Position numbers and translations under genes: made by a program. The notes under the pieces were generated by a model, which was not told where the DNA came from, searched no databases, and saw only the letters and a list, made by a program, of their open reading frames with translations. A stretch of DNA of 64,000 nucleotides from Mobula hypostoma (Eukaryota), in assembly GCF_963921235.1 (NCBI RefSeq), contig NC_086127.1, positions 5,518,001 to 5,582,000 of the forward strand, read 5' to 3'. This document shows positions 37,252 to 51,334 of this stretch, piece after piece; positions within the stretch are counted from its first letter, which is position 1, and every line of letters starts with the position of its first letter.

Positions 37252-37984
37252 CGGCAGCCAGGGTTTATTCCCAATGGCTCCAGACTGTGATGTGATACTG
37301 GAATCCAGATATTGTAATCACTCACTGAAAATAATGCCGACAGCGGGAGAGAATGTTAGTTCAGCAGAGGCCATAATATTAGATCGACAATTTCGCTGTT
37401 TATACTTTGGAGCAGAAACATTTCAAGATTCATGATTTAAGTTTCACGATTGAATGATGTCATCCTCTGTAGAAAAGTGTAACGCAGCAAATATTTGTTA
37501 CTCCAAATATGATGGAGCACCAAAAATCTTAAAATATAAAATAAACATCAGGATATAAGGATTTACCTCTCAGGAATTACTTTCACCAAAGAAAACAGGA
37601 TCAGCAATCCATGCAAGCAAATGCAATTCTGATAAGGTGTATAAACCAGTTAACATACTCTCTTAAACAACGGAACATCATCAGCTGCCTTCCATAAGGA
37701 GGGAACTTCACCGGTGGCTAACGATGAGTCAAATATTTCCACAGGAGCCTCGGCCATTTCATCACTACCCTTTCACAAGAGGACACGCTTGGTCAGACTC
37801 TGGGAATTTATCTACCTTAACGCTTTGTAAGGCTGTAAGCACCTCTTCCCAGGTAATACAAATGACCTCCAACACATTTCTGCTTGTTTTCCTTATCTAC
37901 TGAGTAATTATGATTTTCTTCTCAGTTAACAAATCCCACCTTTGCAGCCTTGGCAATCTCTAAAGCGACCTGCTCTCTCTTTAG

Positions 37985-40900
37985 CCAGTAAACTTAAATG
38001 AGAGAACGACCCAGAAAAACGGAGACATCGCCACTATTGAGGAAGAAGTTACCCAATGGAAGAGTCTGACCCTCCATGGAAGACATCCCCACAATCTGAG
38101 CAGACTAGACGTCGACAAGGAGGCGTCGAACGCCTTGCTCAGGGATAGAAACATAGAAACATAGAAAATAGGTGCAGGAGTAGGCCATTCGGCCCTTCGA
38201 GCCTGCACCGCCATTTATTATGATCATGGCTGATCATCCAACTCAGAACCTCGCCCCAGCCTTCCCTCCATACCCCCTGACCCCCGTAGCCACAAGGTCC
38301 ATATCTAACTCCCTCTTAAATATAGCCAATGAACTGCCATCAACAGTTTCCTCTGGCAGAGAATTCCACAGATTCACCACTCTCTGTGTGAAGAAGTTTT
38401 TCCTAATCTCGGTCCTAAAAGGCTTCCCCTCTATCCTCAAACTGTGACCCCTCGTTCTGGACTTCCCCAACATCGGGAACAATCTTCCTGCATATAGCCT
38501 GTCCAATCCCTTTAGGATCTTATACGTTTCAATCAGATCCCCCCTCAATCTTCTAAATTCCAAAGAGTACAAGCCCAGTTCATCCAGTCTTTCTTCATAT
38601 GAAAGTCCTGCCATCCCAGGAATCAATCTGGTGAACCTTCTTTGTACTCCCTCTATGGCAAAGATGTCTTTCCTCAGATTAGGGGACCAAAACTGCACAC
38701 AATACTCCAGGTGTGGTCTCACCAAGGCCTTGTACAACTGCAGTAGTACCTCCTTGCTCATGTACTCGAATCCTCTCGCTATAAATGCCAGCATACCATT
38801 CGCCTTTTTCACCGCCTGCTGTACCTGCATGCCCACTTTCAATAACTGGTGTATAATGACACCCAGGTCTCGTTGCACCTCCCCTTTTCCTAATCGGCCA
38901 CCATTCAGATAATAATCTGTTTTCCTATTTTTGCCACCAAAGTGGATAACTTCACATTTATCCACATTAAGTTGCATCTGCCATGAATTTGCCCACTCAC
39001 CCAACCTATCCAAGTCGCCCTGCATCCTCTTAGCATCCTCCTCACTGCTAACACTGCCACCCAACTTCGTGTCATCCGCAAACTTGGAGATGCTGCATTT
39101 AATTCCCTCATCCAAGTCATTAATAGATATTGTAAACAACTGGGGTCCCAGCACTGAGTCTTGCGGTACCCCACTAGTCACCGCCTGCCATTCTGAAAAG
39201 GTCCCGTTTATTCCCACTCTTTGCTTCCTGTCTGCTAACCAATTCTCCACCCACACCAATACCTAACCCCCAATACCGTGTGCTTTAAGTTTGCACACTA
39301 ATCTCCTGTGTGGGACCTTGTCAAAAGCCTTTTGAAAATCCAAATATACCACATCCACTGGTTCTCCCCTATCCACTCTACTAGTTACATCCACAAAAAA
39401 TTCTATTAGATTCGTCAGACATGATTTTCCTTTCACAAATCCATGCTGACTTTGTCCGATCATTTCACTGCTTTCCAAATGTGCTGTTATCACATCCTTG
39501 ATAACTGACTCCAGCAGTTTCCCCACCACCGACGTTAGGCTAACCGGTCTATAATTCCCCGGTTTCTCTCTCCCTCCTTTTTTTAAAAAGTGGGGTTACA
39601 TTAGCCACCCTCTAATCCTCAGGAACTAGTCCAGAATCTAACGAGTTTTGAAAAATTATCACTAATGCATCCAATATTTCTTGGGCTACTTCCTTAAGCA
39701 CTCTAGGATGCAGACCATCTGGCCCTGGGGATTTATCTGCCTTTAATCCCTTCAATTTACCTAACACCACTTCCCTACTAACATGTATTTCGCTCAGTTC
39801 CTCCATCTCACTGGACCGTCTGTCCCTTACTATTTCTAGAAGATTATTTATGTCCTCCTTAGTGAAGACAGAACCAAAGTAATTATTCAATTAGTCTGCC
39901 ATGTCCTTGCTCCCCATAATCAATTCACCTGTTTCTGTCTGCAGGGGACCTACATTTGTCTTTACCAGTCTTTTCCTTTTTACATATCTATAAAAGCTTT
40001 TACAGTCCGTTTTTATGTTCCCTGCCAGTTTTCTCTCATAATCTTTTTTCCCCTTCCTAATTAAGCCCTTTCTCCTCCTCTGCTGAACTCTGAATTCCTC
40101 CCAGTCCTCAGGTGAGCCACTTTCTCTGGCTAATTTGTATGCTTCTTCTTTGGAATTGATACTATCCCTAATTTCTCTTGTCAGCCACGGGTGCACTACC
40201 TTCCTTGATTTATTCTTTTGCCAAACTGGGATGAACAATTGTTGTAGTTCATCCATGCAACCTTTAAATGCTTGCCATTGCATATCCACCGTCAATCCTT
40301 TAAGTGTCATTTGCCAGTCTATCTTAGCTAATTCATGTCTCATACCTTCAAAGTTACCCCTCCTTAAGTTCAGAACCTTTGTTTCTGAATTAACTATGTC
40401 AATCTCCATCTTAATGAAGAATTCCACCATATTATGGTCACTCTTACCCAAGGGGCCTCTCACGACAAGATCGCTAATTAACCCTTCCTCATTGCTCAAA
40501 ACCCAGTCCAGAATAGCCTGCCCTCTAGTTGGTTCCTCGACATGTTGGTTCAAAAAACCATCCCGCATACATTCCAAGAAATCCTCTTCCTCAGCACCTT
40601 TACCAATTTGGTTCACCCAGTCTACATGTAGATTGAAGTCACCCATTATAACTGCTGTTCCTTTATTGCACACATTTCTAATTTCCTGTTTAATACCATC
40701 TCCGACCTCACTACTACTGTTAGGTGTCCTGTACACAACTCCCACCAGCGTCTTCTGCCCCTTAGTGTTACGCAGCTCTACCCATATCGATTCCACATCT
40801 TCCCGGTTTATGTCTTTCCTTTCTATTGCGTTAATCTCTTCTTTAACCAGCAACGCCACCCCACCTCCCTTTCCTTCATGTCTATTCCTCCTGAATATTG

Positions 40901-41755
40901 AATATCCCTGAACGTTGAGCTCCCATCCCTGGTCACCCTGGAGCCATGTCTCTGTGATCCCAACTATATCATAATCATTAATAACAATCTGCACTTTCAA
41001 TTCATCCACCTTATTACGAATGCTCCTTGCATTGACACATGGAGATCTCTTCACCGAAACAGAAGTGTTCCTTGTAGCAATACAGAAACAGGTAGTTAAC
41101 ACAAAAAAAAAATCAAAAATACATCATAAAGGACCAACAAATTCAGAGATGATAATGTAGAAAATGTCAAGAACACCCAGAAACAATTCAACACATTACA
41201 GGATCTTGTAGCAGATTGATTTTATCTGATTACCTACACCGGTACAATCAAGTGGCAAACATCATTAATAAAACCATGCTTTAAAGTGCAAACTGATAAA
41301 ATAAATCACTCCAGAATATAAACACAAGCCTGATCCAGGTCTGGATTTTGAATAACACAAATTATATTATGACAGATCAGTTAATACAGATCAGACAGTC
41401 CATAAGAACCGGCCGGATATAATAATCCAGGATAAACTAGCAAGAACCATTTATTTAATAGATGTAGCCATTCCAAACACATATAAATTACAGAAATCAA
41501 TTAGCTAAAAACATCAGAAATATGCTGAATTAGAAGAGGAAATTGGAAGTCTATTGGAACATGAACAAGATGTACATTGTCCCGATATTAATTTCTACAA
41601 CTGGTATCACGCCAAAGTCACTACACAATGGCATTAAACAATTAGGGAGCCACGATACTAAGCACCACTGGAATGGCCTGAACTTTTCTCGAAATGGGAA
41701 ATGAGTGTGCTTGTCTCTGGCCGTACCTTAAGTTTTACCAGCTTGAGCTGAGATA
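37985..41755 (+). mobile_element. R4/Dong-like element (C-terminal region) interrupted by a CR1 at 38145-41040
   Basis: WKSLTLHGRHP..SNALLR | GDLFTETEVFLVAIQ continues across the CR1 insertion; downstream RPDIIIQDK..YLIDVAIP (RLE-type motif). Confidence 0.8.
38145..41040 (-). mobile_element. Relatively young 5'-truncated CR1 (near complete ORF2: endonuclease + RT)
   Basis: VNARSIRNK, ITETWL, MGDFN, SDH, QHGFVKG, DFQKAFDKVPH, FADDTK; a few stops/frameshifts (39891, 39612, ~39262); (TTTCTATG)n tail. Confidence 0.95.
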
Positions 41756-41849
41756 GAAAAATCAAATACAGTAATAAAATTGATTTAAAAAAACAATTAA
41801 TATAAATAATTTAAATGGCTTATATAGAAAGGTTGTTTATGACTATTAC

Positions 41850-42340
41850 ATGACGCCGTGCTGTGAATGACGGGGAATGATAGAGTACTGGTGGAGTTAG
41901 TGAGTGGAGGTGTTGATCACTCAGACTGCTCGGGGAAAGTAACTGTTTTTGTGTCTGATGGTCCTGCCGTGGATATCACGTTGCATCCTCCCTGATGGGA
42001 TGGGATTTACAGTCTATGCGCAGAGTGTGTAGGGTCCTTTACTATGTTACTGGTCATTTACTGGCACCTTTCTGTATGTATGTCATTGAGCTGGGGTAGC
42101 CCGGTTGACTACACGTTGGGTAGTGTTGACTACCCGTTGCGGAGCCTCCTTGTCCGCTGGAGTACAGTTTCCAGACCAAGCAGTGACGCAGCTCGTTGGG
42201 ATTCTCTCTACTGCGCAACTGCAGAATGACGTCAGCATGGATGTGCGAAGTCCAGCTCCCTTCATCCTCCTCAGAGGGTGGAGGTGTTGTTGAGATTTCC
42301 TGACTGTGTAGGATGTGTTCCCGGACCATAGGAGCAGACA
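41850..42340 (-). mobile_element. Rex1/Babar-like LINE 3' fragment
   Basis: SMLTSFCSCAVERIPTSCVTAWSGNCT..QRVVNT. Confidence 0.7.
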
Positions 42341-44869
42341 GGCTTTCTCCAGACTGTCTCTGCAATGAGCTTTATACTTCCTTTCCTGCTGCTTAACGAT
42401 GCTGCTCAGTGACGGACTGGGAGGGGATTACATCGAATATACGTATAAAAAGCCCAATTTGTCCCACTCACAGCTCTTCCCAATGGTTGCACAAGTTTCA
42501 GACTTTTACAATATCTGAAGACTTAACTACTTCTCTGTCATATGTTAATTGGTTCCTTTCGACTATATTTCATTTTCCACATATCAGAATAGAGAGAAAC
42601 TACGGACCCTCTCTGCCGAAGATGTATAAGTTCGTTATAATCTTTGTCAATTCTAAATCCCCGAGTACCACCATAATAATTTCATTATCCTTTTTATTAT
42701 AACTGATGGTTAATTATACTGAGAAACCAACTGGAACATCCAAGAAGGAGACTGGTTTATGCTTTACACATCAGGTTGTCATACTTGCTGCAGATCATTT
42801 CTGGATTGTTTCCGTAATTGAATACATCACTCTTCGTCTGTACACCCATCAAAATAGACTTCCGGACGCCACCAACTTTTATGTTAACTCACACCACGGC
42901 CGCACACCTGTGCAAAAAAGAGGTTGGTTCCCTGACCCTAGTTTTATCATTCTGGGTATTACTTATATTGCACATGTGCAGACACATATACGGACTCATG
43001 CACAATCAGATACAAAGCTACGTACAACGATATAACAAAGGAAAGAAATACAAAGTTACACATGCAAAAACGCGGACAGACGCACATACGGACACACAAA
43101 CACACAGGCACAGAACCACAGGCACAAACACCCATAATGTCACTCAGAATGACATTAATCAAATGTCATAATCAAATGCAAACAAAATCTGTGCAGATTT
43201 CCAAAGGACACAAATACACCGAGGCATTTACCTATACACACGGCCACGCACGCACCCAGGCATTCATGCACAAGGAAATAGAGGCAAGAGATGGACTCAT
43301 GCGGACGCACACAAATACACATTCAAAGACACATAAGGACATTCAGCTTCCATATAGATAAACAGCACATGCACATACTATTGCACGCACACGAGCGAAC
43401 GCGTTTACACGAACGTGTCCTCTTTTGTAGGCTTCTGCTCTAGCAACATCGGACAATTGTTGATCCGAAAGATTACTACTATTGACCGTGTCAATGATTC
43501 TGGGTAACGGTCAGAGTAGTCGAAACCTTGAGTCAAACCTGCGCAGTCGTGATCTAATGGAGTTACGGAGCGAGCTAAGGGTCCATGTGACCAAATCCTG
43601 ATCCTACCATTGCGTCCTCCTATCTGTTATTGTCTTTCTCTCGTCTTCGCTAATGTGAAGGTAGTACCTCAAAATCTATTTCTCTTCTTTCATCGTACAC
43701 CAAGTTGTAAATTTCCATTGTGACGTTCGCCTGTCACACAAGTACACCCCGACATGTATATTTACAATATCCAACTCCAGATAATATTGGGATATTTGGG
43801 AATTAAACAGCGCAGAGTTCAAGACAGCAAATGACAATATTTCAGGTGAATAAAACTTCCTGCGTGAACCACTGTGAGTTTCTGTTTGGAGAAGGGGAGG
43901 CATTCTGATTGGAAAATTTCATTTAAGTTTCCTCGTGACACTGCTCTTGTCTGTTAATTTCGACTACAAAGACCAACGTCTCTGCAGGAGCTCGTGTTTA
44001 TAATCCTGAATCAGAAGTCATTTGAAAGCTAATGTAATCCATCGTACTCCACTTCTCGCCGTTCTCCCAATTTACTGGAGAATTCAGCGCAGGGATTGGT
44101 GGAAGTACAATGCAGGTCTGCAGAAATAAAACTGAGGCCTTGTTAGTCGTAAGGATTGATAAATCCCTAACAGAGGCTGGAAAAAGAAACCAAATGTATC
44201 GTTGAGGGCAGAGAGGTGGATGTGGTTAGCATTGAACTTACTAAAGCCTTGCCAAAGTCCATCGAGGGAAGCGAGTTCAAATGCTTATTCACTATGGGAT
44301 CCAGGACACGCTGTAAAATGGGACCGAAAATTGTTTTGCAATAGGAGACAGGGGGTCATTCTCGAATTGGAATTGGAGTCATGCGACTACTCATGTCCAC
44401 CAAGGGATTTCGCCATTTTATATCTTGGAGGAGCTAAGATGCCGGCGGGGAGGTGGGGGCAACTTCTTCCCGCTCATCTGCGAAACAAATTAAATTCCTT
44501 TCTTTAAAGTCTCTCTATTTTTTCCCTTCAAAGCTGCCCAGTGTTCTGTTCGCGTCCGTGATCTACAGATGCACTCAAACTCCGGATCTTCACGGCGGTG
44601 GTTTCCCGTTCCCGCAGGTCGCCGACCGGCCGTTTCTCCACATCTGCAGGGCGGCTGGGAAGATGTGCGGCTCGGTTTGCGGCCTTGCGCGGCCCTGTAG
44701 ACCACTGTCGGCAACTGATGTGTCGCGGGAGAATGGAACATCGGAACATCATGGCAGAAGGTGGGACTGTTGGAGAGCTCGGAGAACTCTGCGACCTCGC
44801 TCTTACATCTTGCAGAGCAGAGTCTCCTGGTGCTGTTGAGGACAGACCAAAGTTGTTCAGAGAATGTCA

Positions 44870-44883
44870 TCTCTCTCCCTCTC

Positions 44884-44923
<40 letters not shown>

Positions 44924-44944
44924 TCTCTCCCGCTCTCTCTCTCC
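44870..44944. repeat. (CT)n microsatellite
   Basis: Seen directly in the sequence. Confidence 0.95.
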
Positions 44945-45073
44945 CCCCCCCCCCCTTTCTGGTCAGAAAAACTTGGAATAAAACCAACGCTTCTGACTGT
45001 AACATGGTAACAGCGAGCTGTCTTTTGGTCTCCTCACTCGCTGAGGAATGGCAACGTCTCTCTGACCCTTGTT

Positions 45074-45076
<3 letters not shown>

Positions 45077-45146
<70 letters not shown>
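45077..45146. repeat. (GA)~35 microsatellite
   Basis: Seen directly in the sequence. Confidence 0.95.
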
Positions 45147-45148
<2 letters not shown>

Positions 45149-46137
45149 CTGTGCATGTCGATGTGTTGGGTTATGGACTGTAGTTTTTGATGGTCTATAG
45201 ATCATGCTCTCTTTGAATCTTTGCTATTGCTCACTTGGTGGCTGGTGGTCGCTGATGTTTCCCGGCAGAACAAGTGGGGTGGGGAGGGGAGGGAGGTGGG
45301 AAGGGTTGATGATTTGCTGCTGCTTGTGCGTGGGAGGGTGGGGGTGCTTTGGGGATTTTACGTTTTTCTGTCATTCATTCTTTGGGGTTTTCTTCTGTTC
45401 AGTAGATGTCTGCGAAGAGTGAGGATCTCAGGTTGCTCATTCCGTGTTGTTAAATGGATCTACTGAACCTCTGAAGCCTCGATCCACTGAACGACCTGGC
45501 ATGTGACGCGGAAGGCTCGATCCGTGAGTTGTCCATGATACAATAATCCTTGCAGCTTTTGATATGTGGAAGGTCGACTTACCCGGCAATGTTCTGGGTA
45601 AAAAAGGCAAGAAACGACACGCGCTACAATGCGGACGGAGATGAGCTGGTACTATTCTGGAGTGTAAAACAAGCTGGACATCAATGGGAGCATCTTGGGG
45701 ACTATTAACGAACGGATTGGCCTTTCAAGGTGTCAAAACTGGAGCAGAACGTGGATAGAAAGGAATCGTGAGGCAGTTGTGTTATGAAGATTGCCGAGAT
45801 AAATTCTGTCTGCTTTGGCGGCTCAGAAAGTTAAGACAGGAACATGACTAAGGAAGATCTATTGTCAAGAATCAGAACCAACTTCACTCGCCGTAAATAT
45901 TGAAATGTATTGGGAATTTGTTGTGCTACTTTGGAGCGACTTGCAACAAAAACCGCATTCAATGATTTGATAGAACAAATAATTAAATAAGTTAAGGTTA
46001 AAATATGCACATGGAATAAAATGCACACTATTAAATAAATACCATCTGGCAACATTATGAGGAGTATGGTTGAAATAAATTTCTGGATTTTTTTTCCTCG
46101 TACGAAGGGTTTGTGCAATTTGAGTGTATTGATTCAG

Positions 46138-46141
<4 letters not shown>

Positions 46142-46208
<67 letters not shown>
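46142..46208. repeat. (GA)~33 microsatellite
   Basis: Seen directly in the sequence. Confidence 0.95.
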
Positions 46209-46210
<2 letters not shown>

Positions 46211-46836
46211 CAGGGAATAAATCAAGTGATAATAACTTACACAGAGATTGGTAAGTACCTGGACCTCTGGAATTTACAGACTGAGGGAGCGGTGTAAGCT
46301 GGGTCGTGACGCCATTTAAACAAACTTTCAGCTGAGGAACTGAATACCTTAGTCATAGAGGCTATAGGCGATGGCATTAAAACCAAGTGAATACTTTTCA
46401 GCAGCATTCACAAACGAAACTGAATTGGGAGTTTGAAAATTCACTGAGACGACTGGGGCGTGCCTTGGTCTCAAGTCATGTCAAGGCGCTTTTATTGTCA
46501 TTTCAACCACAACTGCTGGTGCAGTACACAGTAGAAACGAAAAAAACTTTCCTCCAGGACCATGGTGCTACATGAAACAATTCTAAACTACACTAGACTA
46601 CGTGAAACAACACAAAGCTACATTAGACTTCAGACTTAAACGGGACTACATAAAGTGCAGAAAACAGTGCAAGACAGCACAATAATTAATAAACAAGATA
46701 ATAGGCACAGTAAAGAACAAATTACAATATAATAATACATGATGTAAATGTAAATGTAGACAATGTGAACAATGTTTTAGCAGGAATTGAGAAAGAAATG
46801 AGCAAAATTGCAAAGGGAGTGGAGTGATGCTCAGTT

Positions 46837-46837
<1 letters not shown>

Positions 46838-46872
<35 letters not shown>

Positions 46873-46882
46873 GTGTGTGTGT
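46838..46882. repeat. (GT)n microsatellite within a LINE-derived 3' segment
   Basis: Seen directly in the sequence. Confidence 0.9.
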
Positions 46883-49029
46883 AGGTTGGTGTCAGACTAG
46901 ACACTGGCAATTGAATCTTCACACCTCCCTCCTCTATGCTGATTCGTCACCATCTTTGATTCGGTTCACAACAGCAAACTGGAATGTGGCATTGGATCTG
47001 TGCTTAGACACACAGTCATGTGGAAAGCGAGTAGAGCAGGGGTGTAAGCACGCAGCCTTGTGGTTCTCCTGTGCTGAGGGAGATTGTGGGGGAGATGTTG
47101 TTGCAAATCCCAAATGACTGGGGACTGCAAGTGAATCAATCGAGGATCTAATTGGACACGAAGATATTGTGACGTCGTTTAGCGTCTGCGTGAAGTTGCA
47201 CGTTCACCACGGGATGGGATAAGATTCCCTGCTCTTTAATTCCCCCGTCCTCTAAAGAAACATGCGGCTTGGACGGGGACCGTAAATTATCCCGAATCTG
47301 TAGAAATGGCAAAAAGGTGATTTTTCTTTGGAACTGTGGCGAGAGTACCATGGATTAAGGTCGCGTAAATGTATAAATGGAAGCTTAACGGACTCGGTGG
47401 TCCGAGTGTGTGATTCCGTGCTGGATCTCTCTATGAGTCTGTGATGGAGCGAATGTCTTGTCGAACTTGGAAAAGCCCATCTAACGGCGTTGACTACAAC
47501 GTGGATTTATTTTACATAACGGGGCTACGCATTTGTTTACCTCACTTATTTTATCATAATTTATGGAAGATATTAAAAACATCACAAAGCTGACTGCCGT
47601 CAAAACCGGAAGTGCTGCTGCAGTATTTTGTCCCCGGTGGCTGGGAAGTAGAGGTAAAATAGACAACACGCGGCTTTTGGCTCGTACTTTACCCCTCCCT
47701 TTGCAATCAACAGCATTTTCATTTTCAATCAACCACTTTCTTGCAATTTATTCGTCTGCACTCCCCACTCACGTGGTCGTCGCTCCGCAGCTGGGAAGGT
47801 GAAACACACGTAGATTGGAACACAGAGCAGTTTATTTAATTTAGCATTCGTGACCCAGAACATGTTGTCGCTGGGTACTTAATGTCCCTCTCCCACACAT
47901 CCATTCCGTCCCACCCCTCCCGCAATTCTTTCAATCATTAACTAATTAATCTTGAAGAAAACTCTGCTCCCGAATTGCACCGTGTTGAGTTAGGGAGCTG
48001 ATAGTGATAATTTTTTTTTTCGAAGTTTGGCTATTTCGAAGTTTCGAAGTTTCATCGCAACTGTGGTTCGTGCTGAGGATCAGAGCAAAACTGGCGATGG
48101 GAATCGATATGATCATCTCACTGCGTAATTTATTTACACAGGATGTGGGAATTTTAACAGTGGGCATGGAGGCATCGGGCTACATACAATCGAGAAAATG
48201 GTCATTTATCAACCATTTCCACCGTTCCTATTCAAACCAACCCCATTTCCCAGCCCATGGTCCGTAACATTTTATGCATTGGTTTTCCAAATCTTGGTAT
48301 AAACAGTCTTGACATGTTGGGAAAAACTCTAAACCCATCCTTCTCAAGCAGTACAATCCAGGCTCCAACAGTTGGATGAAAACCACTCTTACTGTCCGGA
48401 TGAAATATCCCCGAACGTAAACCTAAGCTTCCTAATTATAGTCCGCTGTGACATCTGCCTTTCCTGTACTTCTCATTACCTTGCATACATCTACCAGGTC
48501 AGTGTTAGCAGACACTATTGCAAGGAGGACAGGCTCAATCTCACCCATCCTTCCTGATCATGAGTCACAACATCCCAAACAATATCCCGGTGAATGTCAG
48601 CGACATTGCATTCGATAGATGTCTCCATTGATGTCAGGGATCAAAATAAAGGAATAAACCGATACTTGTCCAAACTATGACATTCAGATCATTCTGTGGA
48701 GTGAATCGACACGATAAAATGATGGGGACAGAAAAATTTAAAAAAAATTAGAAGAAAAATGCTCCTGGGTATCAGAATCAAGGTGATATACTAATCCACT
48801 GTAAAATGTTTAATCGACCCGCGATTAGTATAGCTGTGAGCAACCACTGTCAGCTCCTGCAAACTGGATTCGATCCAGATCACTGGTACAGGTTCTCACT
48901 GCTGGGAGCAGAAAGACCTGACGAACCGCTAGAGTTCAGTTCTTCGCCCAACTCACGAAGCTTAGCAGGTTGGTAGCGAATTGGAGACTGAAAAAAAAAT
49001 CTCCCCTGGTGTGTCGAATGGAGGTTTTC

Positions 49030-49475
49030 TCCAGCGGTTGTACAACGGGTAGTTAAACCTGTCCAACACATCATTGGCATCAGTCTACCCGCCATCGAGT
49101 ACATACATACAGAAAGGTGCCGGTAAAAATGCCGGCAATATCTTGAACGATGACACCCGCCCTTTCTGTAGACTGTTTTTTCCCACTCTCCTCGGCACAG
49201 AGGCTACACACCATCCACACCAGGGCCACCGGACTCAAAAACAGTTGTTCTCCCCAAACCGTCAGACTGATCAACACCTTCACCCATTAACCCACCCCAT
49301 CGCACTCGAACACCGCTACATACAAATAGCACAGCGTCACTGTATGTACATGCAATCCGTCTATGTACAGTATATGAGTTACTTGTAATTGTGTTTCATA
49401 GGGTTGTTTATATTCGTTTGCATTGCGTTTTCATTTACTGAAGAATGACAAAAATGATTGATTCTCTAATCTCGA
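49030..49475 (+). mobile_element. Rex1/Babar-like LINE 3' fragment
   Basis: AGNILNDDTRP..LF.. and RLKNSCSPQTVRLIN remnants. Confidence 0.6.
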
Positions 49476-51334
49476 AAATTTGTATAAATCTCTGCAAAAT
49501 TACATCCGCACTTTCTATTCGCTCTAGCGCCATTTTCTCTGCCAAACTCCCGCCTGTCGTTGCCGTTGTTTGCATCCATGTGTAAATTATTCGGGTATTA
49601 ACTAGTACATTCAGGGTCGCGGGATATTGAAAGCAGCCGCGGCCGGGGTCAGTTCTTTAGTTTGTTAATGATTCGCAGCAGTGACGTCACAGGGTATGTA
49701 ACTGCGCTGATGAACTGTTCTCTGAACTTGGCCTGAGTCACCCCACAAATAAATGTGTTTGTGCAACAGCTTAAATTCTGCAACATGTATGCGGCCTGAT
49801 CCAGGATATATTCGGAATCGGTGAAATTGTTGGAATCTGTTTGAGAAATGTTATAATTTAAGAAATTAATAACAGTGGATAACCACAGTAGAATGAAGCT
49901 GCCGGATATGGAGAAGAGGAAGATCACCGACCTCCTCCTGCTCTCCATCTCCGGGTCACTCCGATTGTCTCCCCTGCTCTGACCCCTTAGTGCCTTGCGC
50001 ACTCGACTGGCCAACAGGTTGTGTCTGACTATCAGAAAGTTGAGAAGCAGGATTAAACCAAAGGGGATCAATGGAGTTAAAATCCTGTCCAAACTATCAA
50101 AAGCCACCCGTCCTTGCTCAGTGTAATAACTTGCCCGTAATTTGCAGAACCAAAAAACGTTATTAATCAGTGTCCCCGGTTTATGTATAAAATAGTAAGG
50201 AACGTTTTTAAAGCAGATCAGTACGCAGGTAATCATCAGAACCAGAGCCGCAGTTTTCCCGGTTCAATATTTTGTTTTCAGCTTCTGACAACAAATGGCG
50301 ACAAATCGATCAAACGTGAAGGTATCGGTGAACCAAACGGAACAGTCTTTAGATACACACAGCAGTACAAAGATAATGCTACACAATGGGTAGATGTCCC
50401 AGAAGGATCCTGGGAAATAAAAACTAATCCTCCTCACTATAACGGCAGTGCTCACAGCCATGAGGTCCACCGTTGCCATGGCCACCAGGTACCGAGTTGT
50501 GCAGGTGGAGAGGTCACATTTTCCCCGGGACAGGATCCCAATCGCCACTAAATTCACTGCAAAAAAAGAGAAGAGAAATAAAATCGAGAAAACTCAGAGC
50601 AGCAGATTTCTGTGCTCGGTGTATATTGCCCTCTACTGGAGGATGTCGGAAGGTTTAACAAGTGATACTGTCCATCATTCTCCCTTCCAAACATCCAGCT
50701 CCCCGTGTGCAACCGAGACAAAGTGCTGGCATCAGCTGAAAGCGAAACACAACTTGTTATGTCAGAACCAAGATACAGGTCTACCTGTTGCAGCAGTAAC
50801 AGGGAATATGCGGGGAAATCAAATTCAAAACACACCAGGGCTGTGAGGGATTTGAGTAAGAAGGCCCAAGTTTATTCAGAAGTTTTAAAAAAACGGCGGA
50901 GTCGATCCCAGCGCAAGATTTCAATTGTAATATTTAACAGAGGTTTGGGTAGGTCTGAAAACGATAGGGATGGTTTTGAAGAACATCTTTCGGTGCAGGT
51001 AAATTGGATTAGGTTTAAGATCATGTCGGCATAGACTGAATGGAAAGGAAGTTTACTTCTGTGCCGAAATACTCTAATAATCTGAAAAGGAGAAACAATA
51101 TTTTCTGGTCCAGTCCCGCCTTTTATTATTTTAAAGATATTTCTGGAAGACGCCGCCATAGCAGAGATGGAAATATAAATTCCTGTTCCAACCATAAACT
51201 CACGAAATTGTAAAGAGAGACCAAGAAAACTGTTCAAACGCCATCTGAATTTATTAAGTAAATGGTCAAACCCATGGAAGTTATAAGGAAAAAATGGTGC
51301 AGATTGTCCTACGTGTCCCTGACAGGACCGCCAG

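Noticed and set aside
40135-40911. 258-aa plus-strand ORF
   Set aside because: Antisense shadow of CR1 ORF2; the same applies to the minus-strand ORFs over 5690-7580.
42409-42870. Possible sixth, highly decayed GPCR remnant (..LSYLLQ..LNTSLFVCT..)
   Set aside because: Only faint resemblance to TM5-TM7 with no diagnostic motif; needs a profile-HMM search.
50264-50266. In-frame TGA at a conserved Cys read as selenocysteine
   Set aside because: No SECIS-like element recognised downstream, no precedent in GPCRs, and TGC/TGT>TGA is a simple nonsense change accompanied by another damaging substitution.
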